From contig CM120640.1 in NCBI GenBank assembly GCA_051362555.1, positions 55,902,788-55,966,787 on the forward strand: a stretch of DNA of 64,000 nucleotides, read 5' to 3'. Made by a program: the position numbers and the translations under genes. The stretch comes from Lingula anatina (Eukaryota; Animalia; Brachiopoda). Of the stretch, positions 11,918 to 24,345 are shown piece after piece. Every line of letters starts with the position of its first letter. The stretch's first letter is position 1. Under the pieces are notes generated by a model. It did not search any database. It worked only from the letters and a program-made list of their open reading frames with translations, and was not told the origin of the DNA.

Positions 11918-13786
11918 TCAGTGCTTGTGGATTCCCAATTTGCTTGCGTAGTATGTACCATCACCAAGGGTTGCTTGCTGCAAATGAAAAGATTTCCACT
12001 ACATTACATTCCCTAGATAAAATAAACTAAATAGACTACTTCAAAGGTGACAATGAGGGAAATTATTTCATTACAAGTAATAATAAAAAAGGGGCCTTTT
12101 AATGCCAAGAACTTGATTATGCAAAGGTACAAACCTTATTTATTTCTTGATGACGTTGCTTGCTGACTATTTCTTCAACAATTTCACCATCACCTTTTAC
12201 TAAACTAGAAATAAAAAAAGATGTTCTGTTGTGAGCATATATGTGTATTTATCAGACAGCTCAACAAAACATTCATATTTAACAGTATAACTTAAAATTC
12301 ATTCTTAAATAAAATTGTTCAAAATACACTTCAAAACCATGTCAGGAAAGGTAAATGATTTGAGTAAGTTTTCACATATATTATGGCATTATAACTTGTT
12401 CTAATAACCCTCTTTATGTAGAATCTCTAGTACAGTCTATCATAATCAGACACTTCAAAAGAAATCCTGAAAAAATGTTTGTAGTGAAGGTGGAAGTGAG
12501 AGAGTAAGAAGGGGAGGAAGATGGGAGTATGAAGGCCTTTTTAGAAGAAAAGTTTGATTTTTCTTTCAGTAAGGAAAATTAATACTGAAAATCATTATTT
12601 TTCATTGCATTACCGATTCCTTCCAGTCTCTGGGTCATAGATTCTTCTCACCATGTTTTGTTTTATTTCCCACTCCTCCTTGGTCATTGGTTTAATATCT
12701 GAATAAGAGGTGGTTACTAATATAAAGGGTGTTTAAATAAAATGTTTACTTCACTTAAATAATGACATAACCCTGACACAAGCTTAAACATTAATGTCAG
12801 GCTCACACATGCACACAATATTACAGATGGGACTCTAACTTACATTTAAGTTTGGATTCGACAAAGAATGACAGCAGATAAAAAAGTGACTTCAGACTTT
12901 GTTGTTACACATACTATGTTGTTAAAAAGTTTACTTGTACAATGTTTACCTCTCTTCTCCTCAAGGGGTGTTGGCCCAATTGGTCCAATCATTTCTTTTA
13001 TGTTTTCCACTACATCTTTGGCTACTATGGGATCTAACACGTTAGATGTCTTCTTTTTCTTATATTTTTTCTTCTTTTTGGATTTGTGCTTTTTCCTAAA
13101 ATTTGACATAAATTTCTAAAAATATGTTACATGTGTACTATACAGTAAAATTTACATATAATTTGATGACCTTTAAAAACGACATGTTAGGTCCACTGCT
13201 CCATTATTGTTACCAGGTACAAATATATTGACTAAGAGTGGCTCCAAAATGTCGTCTAAAATGCTACACACCTCTTTTTGTTTTTTCTTTTCTTTTTATG
13301 CTCACTTGAAGAGGAGTCACTTTCGGATGTGGTTGCTTTGCTCCTTTTTCTTGTCTTTTTCTTCTTTTTAATTTTACTTCTTTCATTAGATGAAGAGCTG
13401 AAACTAGACCTATCAGAACAGTTGGGTTGTTTTCTTTTACTCTCTTTTGCATTTATTGTTTTGAGGTTTGTACTTCTATCTAGGGATGAAGAACTGGAAC
13501 TTAAGCTGCGTGTGCATGACCTCCTCTTTTTCCAATCCTTTTCCTTTAAACTGAAACTAGAACTGTGGGATCTTTTTGAGGGTTTCCTCTGTCTCACTCT
13601 GCCTTTATCCCTAGAACTTATGCTTTTTGACAAGTCATTATCACTGGAACTACCGCTTGATGTAGTGCTTGGAGACCTTTCCTTCCTTTTCTTCTTTGCT
13701 ATCTTCTTATTTTCATGTAAATCAGTAATGCTTAAGTTTACTGAAGATGTCACTGCATGAGAATGTTCTTTTCTATAACCTGACAT
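11918..13786 (-). CDS. ARL6IP4: ARL6-interacting protein 4 (SR-25 family splicing-related protein)
   Basis: Exons 13786-13272, 13095-12950, 12698-12614, 12204-12135, 11977-11918. The N-terminus is Ser/Arg/Lys-rich. The SR-25 C-terminus reads [58 protein letters not shown] probable 5'UTR exon ends at the donor at 14251. Confidence 0.93.
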
Positions 13787-14251
13787 TGTTGTTTTCAGAT
13801 GGACTACACATCTATAATAGAGAAAGCATCAATAAATATACATGTGCCAGGTTGCACAAGCAACATGGTTGGTCAAATTTTAGGACAGGCAATATACATG
13901 TACTATGGTAAAACATGACTGTAGTAAGAACCTACGGTACACGTATGTATTTAAAAAAAACAAGTATATAATTTACTATATTGAATGTATAGACTACACC
14001 TGTGTGATATAACCGGTTGCTGTTATTTATTCACCGAAAGCTGTACTACAAACCAAGAAGGACAGGTACATGTAGTCTACAGTCACAGTGTATCGATGTG
14101 CAGGTACCCCTGTATGTACGGCAAATATTTTAGTAAACACGATGCGATGCGACAGAATTGTAGATCTAATGTGCAGGCAAATAATGACGCATTTAAACTT
14201 TATACTCACAAAATCACATTCAAGACTATTATGGTTATTATTATTGAATAC

Positions 14252-14439
14252 CTTTAAGTCCTATCAAATGTGCAAGTGACAAGCCCAAAAGGACGCTACT
14301 GTTTACATGCTGCTTGAGTCTCGTACAGTCTGAGTTAAATCTCGCGACATCCCTTTACCCACGATTCCCTTGAAAGATGGCTGATGTTGCCAAAACAAAC
14401 TTTCGGTCAGCTTGAACTTACATTGAAATGTTGTAAATT
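14252..14439. promoter_or_regulatory. Bidirectional promoter / first-exon region ARL6IP4/LRRC43
   Basis: Under 200 bp separate the putative ARL6IP4 exon-1 donor from the LRRC43 ATG. Contains TGTTTAC (14300-14306), TCTCGCGACA (14340-14349) and an X-box half-site GTTGCC (14386-14391). Confidence 0.65.
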
Positions 14440-17400
14440 ATGGCATCTATGTCCACCGTTCCTGCGTTTGATGCATTTCAAGACCAGCTGAGGACATTGT
14501 GCTTAAAGGAGTTTCCCTGTGGTATTGGAACATGGGTGAGAAATTATATTTTTTTATTTAAGATATAATTTACCTGGACGTTTTTTTTAAATTCACTCCC
14601 AACTTGAAGTCTGGAGGCATTCGACATTGTTTATCCCCGCCGTAATTATTTTACCTTCGTTCAACTTTTTCACTTCTTTCTTTACAAGTCTAGTTCAAGA
14701 AAATTAATCATAAATTAAATTACTCATTTTATTTCATTTCTGATAATGTTATTAGTTAAAATTTGAATTGTCACAAAAATGTTGGTTAATATTAAGTTTA
14801 AAGTTATTTTAAATGTTTGGTATGCACATCACCTGAAGTACTAACATTTGTACTTTTCCCTGATATCCTGCCAAGAACAGTGAACAGCACTGGTGGTCAT
14901 ACTGGGACATAATGGAAGTTTATAGATATAAAAATTTGAGTAGAAATAGTACACCTGTACACCTACTGTAATTTTCATTATAAGGGATTTTTTTGTTAAT
15001 TAAAGGAATTAATTATACAATTATATTATGTTTTGTTTTAATTCTCATTCACAAAGAGGGAAGTTAAACCACTGAAGACAGTAGGGAGTTTGGCAAAGCC
15101 AAAAACCTCAAAAAAAGAAATTCAAAAACCAAAGCAGTTGCCAGAAATCGACAAAGTAAACAGCAGATTTTCAATAACACTTAAAGGTAGGTATATGTAT
15201 TATGATTGAGGGTCAAATATGTGTTTCTCTTATATTCATGTAATACATGTTTTGTTGCTTCACATCGACCTTTTGATATTTATCACAACTTCCTTCTCAA
15301 AATAGATGTACTCTGATATATAAGTTTCACATTTTTTATGTACACTAGCATAATATAGATGGGGTTATATATCAGAGAATATTCAATAAATCAAGAAAGT
15401 TTATTTATGTGTATTATAATGAATAGGAGAGCTTAATCTTTAAATGTGTCTTCATTGACCTACATGTAGCTTAAACGCATTTTTTCCAAGAGTTTCCCAC
15501 CAAGTAAAATTTTCCTTGAAAGAAAAGCAATTTTCTTCTACTCACAAATCATTTAGAGATGAGACTGCCATTTAGTGAAAAAGTTGGAAAATATGGCATG
15601 GGGTCCAGAGGGCTACCTAGAGGCTAATAATATTCATGGCCCCCAAAATATCTGAAATCTGTCTGAAGAATCTCATTGCTGATCATTGCTTGACTTTCTT
15701 GATTTATTGAATTTTTTATACCATTTTTGATAAAATGATTAAGTTCTTAATGGCTGACCATCATTCATACTGCCATGTATTTCTGTACATCTCAAAAGGA
15801 AACATCCACACCAGGTACTTTTATTTGAGCATTTTAAAATTATTTTAAAGTATGAATTAGGAAATCTAAGTAACTTATCAGGATACATAGACTTATATAG
15901 AAAATATGACATTGGAACATTCAAATGTAGATAGGATAGCTTTAATCATCATGTCTGGATAAAAATGGAATAAGTTATTGTTTATGATGTTCATCTTATT
16001 TTATTGAGTATTAAAATTATTCGCTAGATTATGGTGCTCAAAATGAAAAGACAGAAACATTGGAGGAGTATGTGATAACCAAGCACTCTCCATGGAACCT
16101 TGATTACAGTTGGAGTGATGAAGCAAAAGATCTCAGAGAATTAGCTGTTAGATCCCCATGGCTTATTGATAACAAGTTTATCTACAATTATTTCAATACA
16201 TTAAGGATCATTGATAAAGGGGTAGGTAAAGTGCAATCTTTTTTTATTCTCATGGCTATAAAAGTGCAGAGAATGGTATGCTTTTAAATCAGATTTAGAT
16301 TTTGTTCTCATGTTTGTTATATTTCAATAAATCAGTTCATGCTTTTTGCTTTTGTATATTTACTTTAATTTGATATTATTTTTTGTTTCTCCATTTATCC
16401 CTTAGGTGACTGAAATTGATGAAAACCTACTCAATTTTACAAATTTAGAAGAGCTGACTCTGACTGCAAACCTGTTGTGTCAAGTAAACTCCAAGAATCT
16501 GCCACGTTCATTAAAAGTACGCTTGCTGCATCTTGTATCTATTGCTGAATTATACTCCTCAATTTGAATAAGCGAATAGACTAATTAATCAGATCAGAAA
16601 TTAGAATTATGTAGATAGTGGCAAGATACTATAAACTAAATGTATGGTTGTATCATTACCAGAAAATATACTTAGCTGTTTATACAGAGTGTCCCCAAGT
16701 AATGAACATCTGAGTTATAAACTTTGAAAGATTCTTATAATGTTACAGTATGTGAACCTTTAAGTTGTGCTCACAGCTGAAATTTGCACATAAGATAGTT
16801 CTTCTGAACTTTTGTAACTATTTGGAGTCACTCTGTTCAGGTATAATGTTAATTCCAGGTACATATTTTCCTACATAACTGTCTTTTTCATTATATTTTG
16901 AAATATATATATACATACATGTATAATGTTTTCCTGCTATAGGTTTTAGAACTCTGTGCCAACCAGATCTGTGATTTGTTTTCTCTGTGTGTGGATCCTC
17001 CTCCACTACATCACCTTGGCCTGGGTTATAATCAGCTTACCTATCTAGATGAATACATGACTGGAGATTACTGGTAATTTTTAAAAAAGTTATTTGTGTG
17101 GTTCAAGAAAAGTGGTGTTTTAATTTTATATTTCTTCGATACTTTCTGGTTTGGTATTTTGTGTCTGCAAACCATACACTGTAGATGTTGTATTATGTGT
17201 CTGCAAACATAAATCTTTTAGTGGTGCACTAGAAAGATTTGCCTGATTGAACCAAACAGTTTCAACGGGAGGACCTTCTGTTGAAACTCCTTGATTGAAC
17301 TGGCTTCGTAAAATACTTGAAAGTGACAATTAGTTTGGAATGCAGTCAGTGTCGTTCTTATATGTACATGTTTTGTGCTATATTTCAGGCCACAGTTATT

Positions 17401-20400
17401 ATCCTTGGATCTCAGTCATAACACTTTAAGTGACTTGGTGGAAGTTGTCCGGAAGTTATCTACCCTACCAAAACTCAGGAATCTGGTTCTTCATGGAAAT
17501 CCACTTTGTGTAAGATGATTAAAACCAGAAACAAAATTAATTACAGGTTTGATAGTAACTGAAGAGAGTCACTGAAATGTGTGTCTATGTGTGTGTGTGC
17601 ATGCATGCGTGTGAAAGTACACAGGTAAGTGTCTGAACATGCCATGCAGTTGAAATCACATGAGAAGAAAATTTTATTAACTTTTAACTTTTATAAATTT
17701 TTATTTTAATATGTGTGATAATGAAATGCAAAGTTGACATACATGGACTATTTAATTTTTAGGTGATCCCAGGTTACAGAGGTTATGTGATTGACAGTTT
17801 GAAGAAATTGTTCCTCCTAGATGATATAAGAATCTCAGCAGATGAAAGGCACCACTTTAAGGGTTTGGCAAAGAGAAAAGGTAAGTAATAGGCAAAAGAT
17901 ATAGATAATATAACAAAATGGCAAATAGCAAAAGAAGCATTATTAGAATCAAGCTGCAGTAAAATTGAATCACAGTTTAAATGATAAAATTTGTATTAAC
18001 AGAACAATAATGTAGTTTTATTTAAACAGTGTTGCGTTTAAAACCTATTTTTCATTTAATTCCAGAATTCATCCTTGACGAAGCCAAGTTTACCTTTGAG
18101 GTTAAATATATCAAAGGAGTACCAATGCCAGAGGAAATGAAGGTAAAGGTATTAGGCATACATCTGTCTCTAAAAACCTGAGAAGTTTGATCTTGTTTAA
18201 TGAAACATTTTATTGAAAGCTTTACAAAAACAGCCTTACATGCCTTGAGTTTAATTGGCCCCTGTAGTGAATGCTTTACATTACTACCTATAAATACATA
18301 TATTGCATTTTGATTATCTGAAAGTACCCTATACATTTTTGTAACATATTCCACATTCTCTTCAGAACCCAGAGGAACAGCCTGAATTTCCAATCATTGA
18401 AAGGAAATACTATGTTCAGTTCATGTTTTTGGAGGATAAAGCAAGTAAAGCTGAAATCTTCCAAATTGCTCATGAAGACTATGACCAGACATCTTCTATG
18501 CAGGGCACTGATAGGGTAAAGAACTTATAGAGCCTGGTTTTTAGAAGTGTTTTGATAAGTGGTTATGTTTATCTTGTAGGTTTTATTACTTCTCGTATTA
18601 TTTCATTCATAGCAATATTGGCATTGAATACCTAACAAAATGATTCAACACCAATCAACATAGTTTATTGTACCCCCAGTACACATAGTCATATGCAATT
18701 TAACAATCTACCATGCCTGCACAGTTTCACTCAAAAATAATCTGGTCCACCCAGATTTTGAATTATCCTATGCACATGTCATTTTTAAAATATAACCTTT
18801 TATTTATGTGTTCAGGAGGGGTCAGTGTCAGGTGGTTCCATTTTACCTGCTGACACAGGCAGTAAAGTGGAGGGAGTGAAAAATACTGAGCAGGAGGAGA
18901 AAAATGTGAACTTTGCATCCACAGAAAACCAGGAGAATTCAGGTAAGCAATTAAAACATGTTTAGTTTCTTTTTCTGTATCCAGCTAAAATAAAGGACAC
19001 TTTTCATTTTTAAAACATTGTAGTTTCATTCAAGACTAACTGAGATCTATAACCAGAGGGCAAAAACTCTATTTCTTATTTAGAATTATTTGAGTAAAAC
19101 AGTTTTACAGCAGCTGTTGAACTTTGTTCATGGTTATTGCATAATGTAATGTTTCTCAGTGAATTTTAGAAGTAAAACAATTAAGATTATATTAATATCA
19201 AACCTGTTGCATATTGCAGAAATATTTTATCTTCATTTACTTTATATCCTTACTTTCAATTACAAGGCACACCAGCTGAAAATGTCATTCCTGCACTGAA
19301 AGTAACCAGCCCATTACCAGATGACAACCAGTCCCTAAAATCAGGCCCAGGATCCATGAAATCCCATCATTCTAGTCAGGCAGCAATCAACCAGCCTAAG
19401 ATTCCAGTAGCACCCATTATGTCTGAGAGTGGGAACTGGGCAGAGGAAATTTCCCTTAATTGGTCACAGATGGTGACACGGGATGACCTGGTGACATTGA
19501 GAGACTTCTTGAAGGAAGGCATGGAGATTTTTGTCATGGAGGAAAAGGTAAATTTTATCTGGGCTTGGCACTGTTGTTGAAAGTACATATTTGTGATTTT
19601 AAAATGTCAGAATTATAAATATAATATGATATTGTATATGAATTAAAATGCATGCAGTAATGCAAGTGATAAAAAAAGAAAAAAAAGGGTTGGGAAATTC
19701 GTTTTTGAAGTAAGATTGCATTGGAATAAACCAAATGCAGGATTTTCACCAGGGAAAAGCCAGTACACTTGTACCCAATACACTAACAGAGTAGCTGTGT
19801 GGTATTTTGTTAATTACACAAAAACGCTCCTCTAAAATATTTCAATTGACTCTAATGTGGAATTATTAAAACTGCTCACTTCTGAGTAGCAATAAACGAA
19901 AACACAAAAATTTGGTTGGCAATGCTCAATGATTTTAGTCAGCAGTATTCTAAATTGAGTAAATTTTGGTCCAGAGTTCTGTTGAGAGAGCTCAAGCAAA
20001 GTGGTGGATTTGTTCTAGCAATGGGGTCTATGGGGTGTGCACATATGTTAAATATCAGAAGATGATAAAATTATCAAACTGCATTCATTATTGATGAATC
20101 ATTATTAATTTTTTTCTTTAGATTCTGTCTTACCCTGTAGAGGAAGAAGAAGGGAGCAGGGCAGGCTCTGCTAAAGGAGGGAAGGGAGAGAAAAAGGACA
20201 AAAAGAAAGAAGAGAAAAAGGATGAAAAGGGAAAAGATAAAGTAGGCATTCTTGATTTTCTCAGAATTTTATTGATATCAAATTGCACGCATTAAGCTTT
20301 TAGAGAATGCAAATGTGAATCACCCTAACTACTGTACAGAGGTCCCTTACTATAAAGTAAAAATAATGCTCTAACTGCAGGTCATCACCACTGCTAGTAG

Positions 20401-21672
20401 TGTAGATGTCTTTTGACATGCATCAAAATACGAGATAAAAGATGCTTTGTACAATGTAACTTTGGAGCCAAAATATGTCACAGATAGCAATTGCATGCTT
20501 GTTGTTTACTGCACCATAAAACAAATGGCAACTCTCTTCTACACATGTTGTACTTGCATGGTGACAGCCATGCCAGGCCCGTAGCCAGGGGGGGTTCGTG
20601 TGGTTAGAAAGAACCACCCCTTTTGCTAGCAAAAGGTCCACTCTGGGTAAAATTTGATCCATGTACATGAAGTTTTTATGGAAAAAGGTCCACTTTTTCA
20701 GAAAAAGAACCCCCCTTTTGAAATTGCTGGCTATGGTCCTGCATGCCCTGTAAATTAAAGAGTTATAGAACTCTGAAAATCAGGTGTGATTGACATCAGA
20801 ATTTTTTTACTCTTTCACAGTTTCTTATGAAAATGTTATGTAATACTTATTTTAATATCTGTGTGTCTTGCATTTGATACAACTGTATCTTCTAACATTA
20901 TCTACTGTATTTTGTATGTTATCTCTTTCCTGTGTGCTTCCATGCTTTCTCTAAAAGAACAAAAAACAAGCTAATTCTTTGAAGGTAAGGTTCTGAAATA
21001 TTTTAGTATATATATTTGCACTCACATTTGGTATAATCAGTAAGTTTGAGTTAAGAGGGCACATGTGTTATTGATACAGTGGATGTGTAGTGTATAGCTG
21101 CTTCTATGTATATGTACTTGTCTTCCAACAGGTTTATACACCAATGTACATAATGGGTTATATATATATATGACTGCCTGTAAAACTTTTTCATATAGAT
21201 TGAACCAATTGTTAAATTGTATGTTCTTATATCTATCCTGGTTTACTGCACATTTATAAAGAAATGATAATAAACATTTGACACTGCACTGCACACTTGA
21301 ATATTGAAAAAAGATACTTTTATTGCATCTTTTATTGAACCTAAAATATCTAATAACAGCACACACTCATACTTACTGTGTACACGTACATGTAATTTTA
21401 CATTTTTTATTAAAAATTTAATTTTTCAAATTTCTAGGGTGCTGCTGGGAAAGGTGACCCAAAGAAAGGGAAAAAGAAAGGTGAGCCAGAGCAAGAATTG
21501 CGCCACCTACCACCAGAATACACCACACTGGCACGCTTCATAGTACCATTGGAAGATTTCCTAGAGGGAGAGTTTGTGTTTGAGAATGTCTACATGAAAG
21601 AGAGCTCAGATGCAGGGTCAAAGAGCCCATCTAATGCCTCAGAAACAAAGAAGGTTGGTTCTCTGCTTGGTA

Positions 21673-21737
<65 letters not shown>

Positions 21738-23397
21738 TATATCTACTAGTACTGTCGCATATCTACTAGTACCTTTTTTTTTTTTTTTTTTTTTTTTTTG
21801 TAATAACAAGAGATTTTGATGATGCACATTAAAAAAAGCATTATTTAGCATGAGTCAAGTAGAGCGGTATGTATATTATCTGAGTAGGCAGTGTTAGAAA
21901 TTAAGGCTGGACCGTCTGCCAGGGGCTGACAACTTTCAGAACGGGCTGAGAAGTTTTCTCACCCAGCAGACATTTCGAGCCAGCTACTTTTCAAGATGGC
22001 TGAACTTTAGGTCCAACAACTAATTTTTCTAAAAGGCAAACACTGTGAGTAGGTTTAAAGATTTAAATATATTCTCTTTTAAGGATGGGAAAAAAGATGG
22101 AAAAGGCAGAAAAGATTCTGCCAAGAAGAAGGACAAGGATGCTGGAAAAGGTGACAATTGTTGCTATCACAAATGTTTTAAGTTGGTATATCGAGTTTGG
22201 GGATACTCATACATGAATATGTAGCACTTTGATCAAAGACATGCAAATATTTTTCCCTTTTACAGTAAACCTTTATTAACTAAACACACTTGAAGGCACT
22301 ATTTGATAATGCACACTATTTGATAATTAACCTTATTTGTATTTTTGTTTTAACACCAGCTACTAACAAGACAAAGAAGAGTCCCAGAGGTATATTCATT
22401 ATATAATTTCCTAACATCTCCATGGTTGTTGTTATATGTGACAAAATGCTACTATTGTAGTACATGCCCTTTTATGTAGCAATGATTCCCTGGCTGTAGT
22501 GGATTTTTATTAATCTTTCTTATATTTATGAAAAATTATTACAAAACTACTTTGAAATGTGTAAATATTAACATAATATTATTTCAAAGTTTGCTTTAAG
22601 ACTGTAGGTGCAGATTCATAATTAGGAAAACCTGTTTTCTCTCCCAGTATCTGGCTGTTTAATCAGTTAATCTTTCAAAGTTCTTGTTTGGTTGCATTGG
22701 TAGCTTGGTTTATGTTCATCAGTTAATCTTTTTGTGTGTCTCATTATTTGTTTTCAATTTCTGTTCTGCTTTAAAAACTCTCATCATTTTGTACTTATAT
22801 ACATACATACATACATACATTTTATCTTGCTTTTAAATGATTATCAGTAGAAGATATAGTAATTGTAACCAGGATCCTGGTGACAATTTTGAAAAACAAT
22901 GTTTGTTTCATCAAAGATGTATAAGATATAAGATATGTCCTTGGTTTCATCAAATTATGTTTGATATAGCATGTTTGTGAATTACTACATCCATTCAGCT
23001 GTTTGATTTGATCAACTAAACAATTGCATGCTCCATATTTTTAAATAAGTTCTGTTATTAAGATGTACCTGTACATCATGATGTGATATGTTGATTGCAG
23101 TTTCGTTTTTCTAACACAGATGGTGGCAAAAGCCCCAAAGGAAGAGACAAAGAAAAAGACGGAGACAAAAAAGATGCTAAAGGAAAGGCAAAGGGGGACA
23201 AAGCAGAGAAAGGAATAGGAGATGATGAGGAGGAAGTTCTTCCACCCCCTCCTTTGGAAGTTCATGTAGCAGTGTGGATGCACCACTGGAAAACAGCCAT
23301 GGACTCAATAAGAGAAGAGGAAGAACGGAACAAGCGTTTAGAGGAAGAAAAGGCAGCAGCTGCTGCAGCTGCAGCAGCCGCAGAAGAAGCAGAATAA
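14440..23397 (+). CDS. LRRC43: Leucine-rich repeat-containing protein 43
   Basis: Exons 14440-14535, 15057-15186, 16028-16221, 16406-16516, 16943-17073, 17389-17509, 17763-17880, 18066-18142, 18366-18515, 18816-18942, 19267-19547, 20122-20241, (20958-20984), 21438-21653, 22084-22150, (22360-22389), 23120-23397. N-terminal LRTLCLKEFPCGIGTW is an LRRC43 hallmark. LRRs include LEELTLTAN, VLELCAN, LHHLGLGYN, LLSLDLSHN and LRNLVLHGNPL. The C-terminus is K/E/G-rich. Confidence 0.9.
20574..20741. mobile_element. MITE (168 bp) with 15-bp TIR and 5-bp flanking direct repeat
   Basis: TIRs are CAGGCCCGTAGCCAG and CTGGCTATGGTCCTG. CATGC flanks both sides (20569-20573, 20742-20746). Internal repeats AAAAGGTCCACT and AAAGAACC..CCCTTTTG occur twice. 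Confidence 0.75.
21678..21735. repeat. (AT)n microsatellite followed by a 14-bp direct repeat and a poly-T run to about 21799
   Basis: Directly visible in an LRRC43 intron. Confidence 0.95.
21889..22045. mobile_element. hAT-type MITE (157 bp)
   Basis: Termini are CAGTGTT...AACACTG, with a perfect 8-bp TSD TGAGTAGG at 21881-21888 and 22046-22053. Confidence 0.85.
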
Positions 23398-24345
23398 AAT
23401 GTGGCAAATATGGCATAGCTTATCCTGTACATTTTTTCACTATGAACTTGTGCACTTGAAAATAGCTAACACTTCTGTGCTGTAACATAAAATGTAATTC
23501 TTGCTGTTAATATTTAAATAGTATGTTAAATTGTTCATAACTCTTCAAGTCTTGTATATACATTCAGGATAGCAGTGGATTCAACTTATATATAAAGTGA
23601 ACTGTAGATGTCTTAACATCTGTACCATGTTAAAATTGGCTCGTGTACAAGTATTTCTAGAACACGGGCTTTTTGAATAATTGAAACTGTTGCTGAAAGT
23701 TGTTTACAGCTAAAATTGTTTACAGATCTTTGGAAACATCATATCAAATTGCCACAGTTCTGCAGACAAAAAATAAATAAATAAATGAAAAGTAAGAAAA
23801 AATTCATTGTTTGTATGCAAAAATGCTGATAATCCAATATGCCTGACTGTGATAGATACAAAAATTCTTTATTCTTTCAACAAAGGTGATATTGAATTTT
23901 CATTAGTACTTGGATGGCTGCTATATTCTACAAGCAGTGTATATAATATGTTCATGATACAGTGAAATTATGGAAATATCAGGAACAAAATAGACATACA
24001 TTGTACATACAGATATACTAGTAAATGAAAATACTCCCCACATTAATCATTAGTTTTATTCATTCATATGCATGCCAGTTCATTTACTTATTGACCATTC
24101 ATTATTTTTAGAAGTACATTTGTTTGAATTGGACACATCAATATCACTCTGACTTGATGGTCTAGTGGACAGAGGACTCATTGAATTAATGTTGAAAAGC
24201 AGATGAATAGAATATTTCTGTTAAACATAACATGTATGGGATTTTCCTGCTCTATAAAAATTTTCTCCGATAAAAAAGAAATTTTCCCCTACTCCAATAT
24301 CATTGATTGACCAATCCCAGAACTTGTATACAATGTTTTATACCA

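Noticed and set aside
13278-13760. 160-aa Phe/Leu-rich ORF on the + strand
   Set aside because: Antisense shadow of the Lys/Ser/Arg-rich ARL6IP4 exon.
24150-24200. tRNA A-box-like TGGTCTAGTGG, and a similar degenerate stretch near 54300
   Set aside because: No convincing B box or cloverleaf. At most a decayed SINE.
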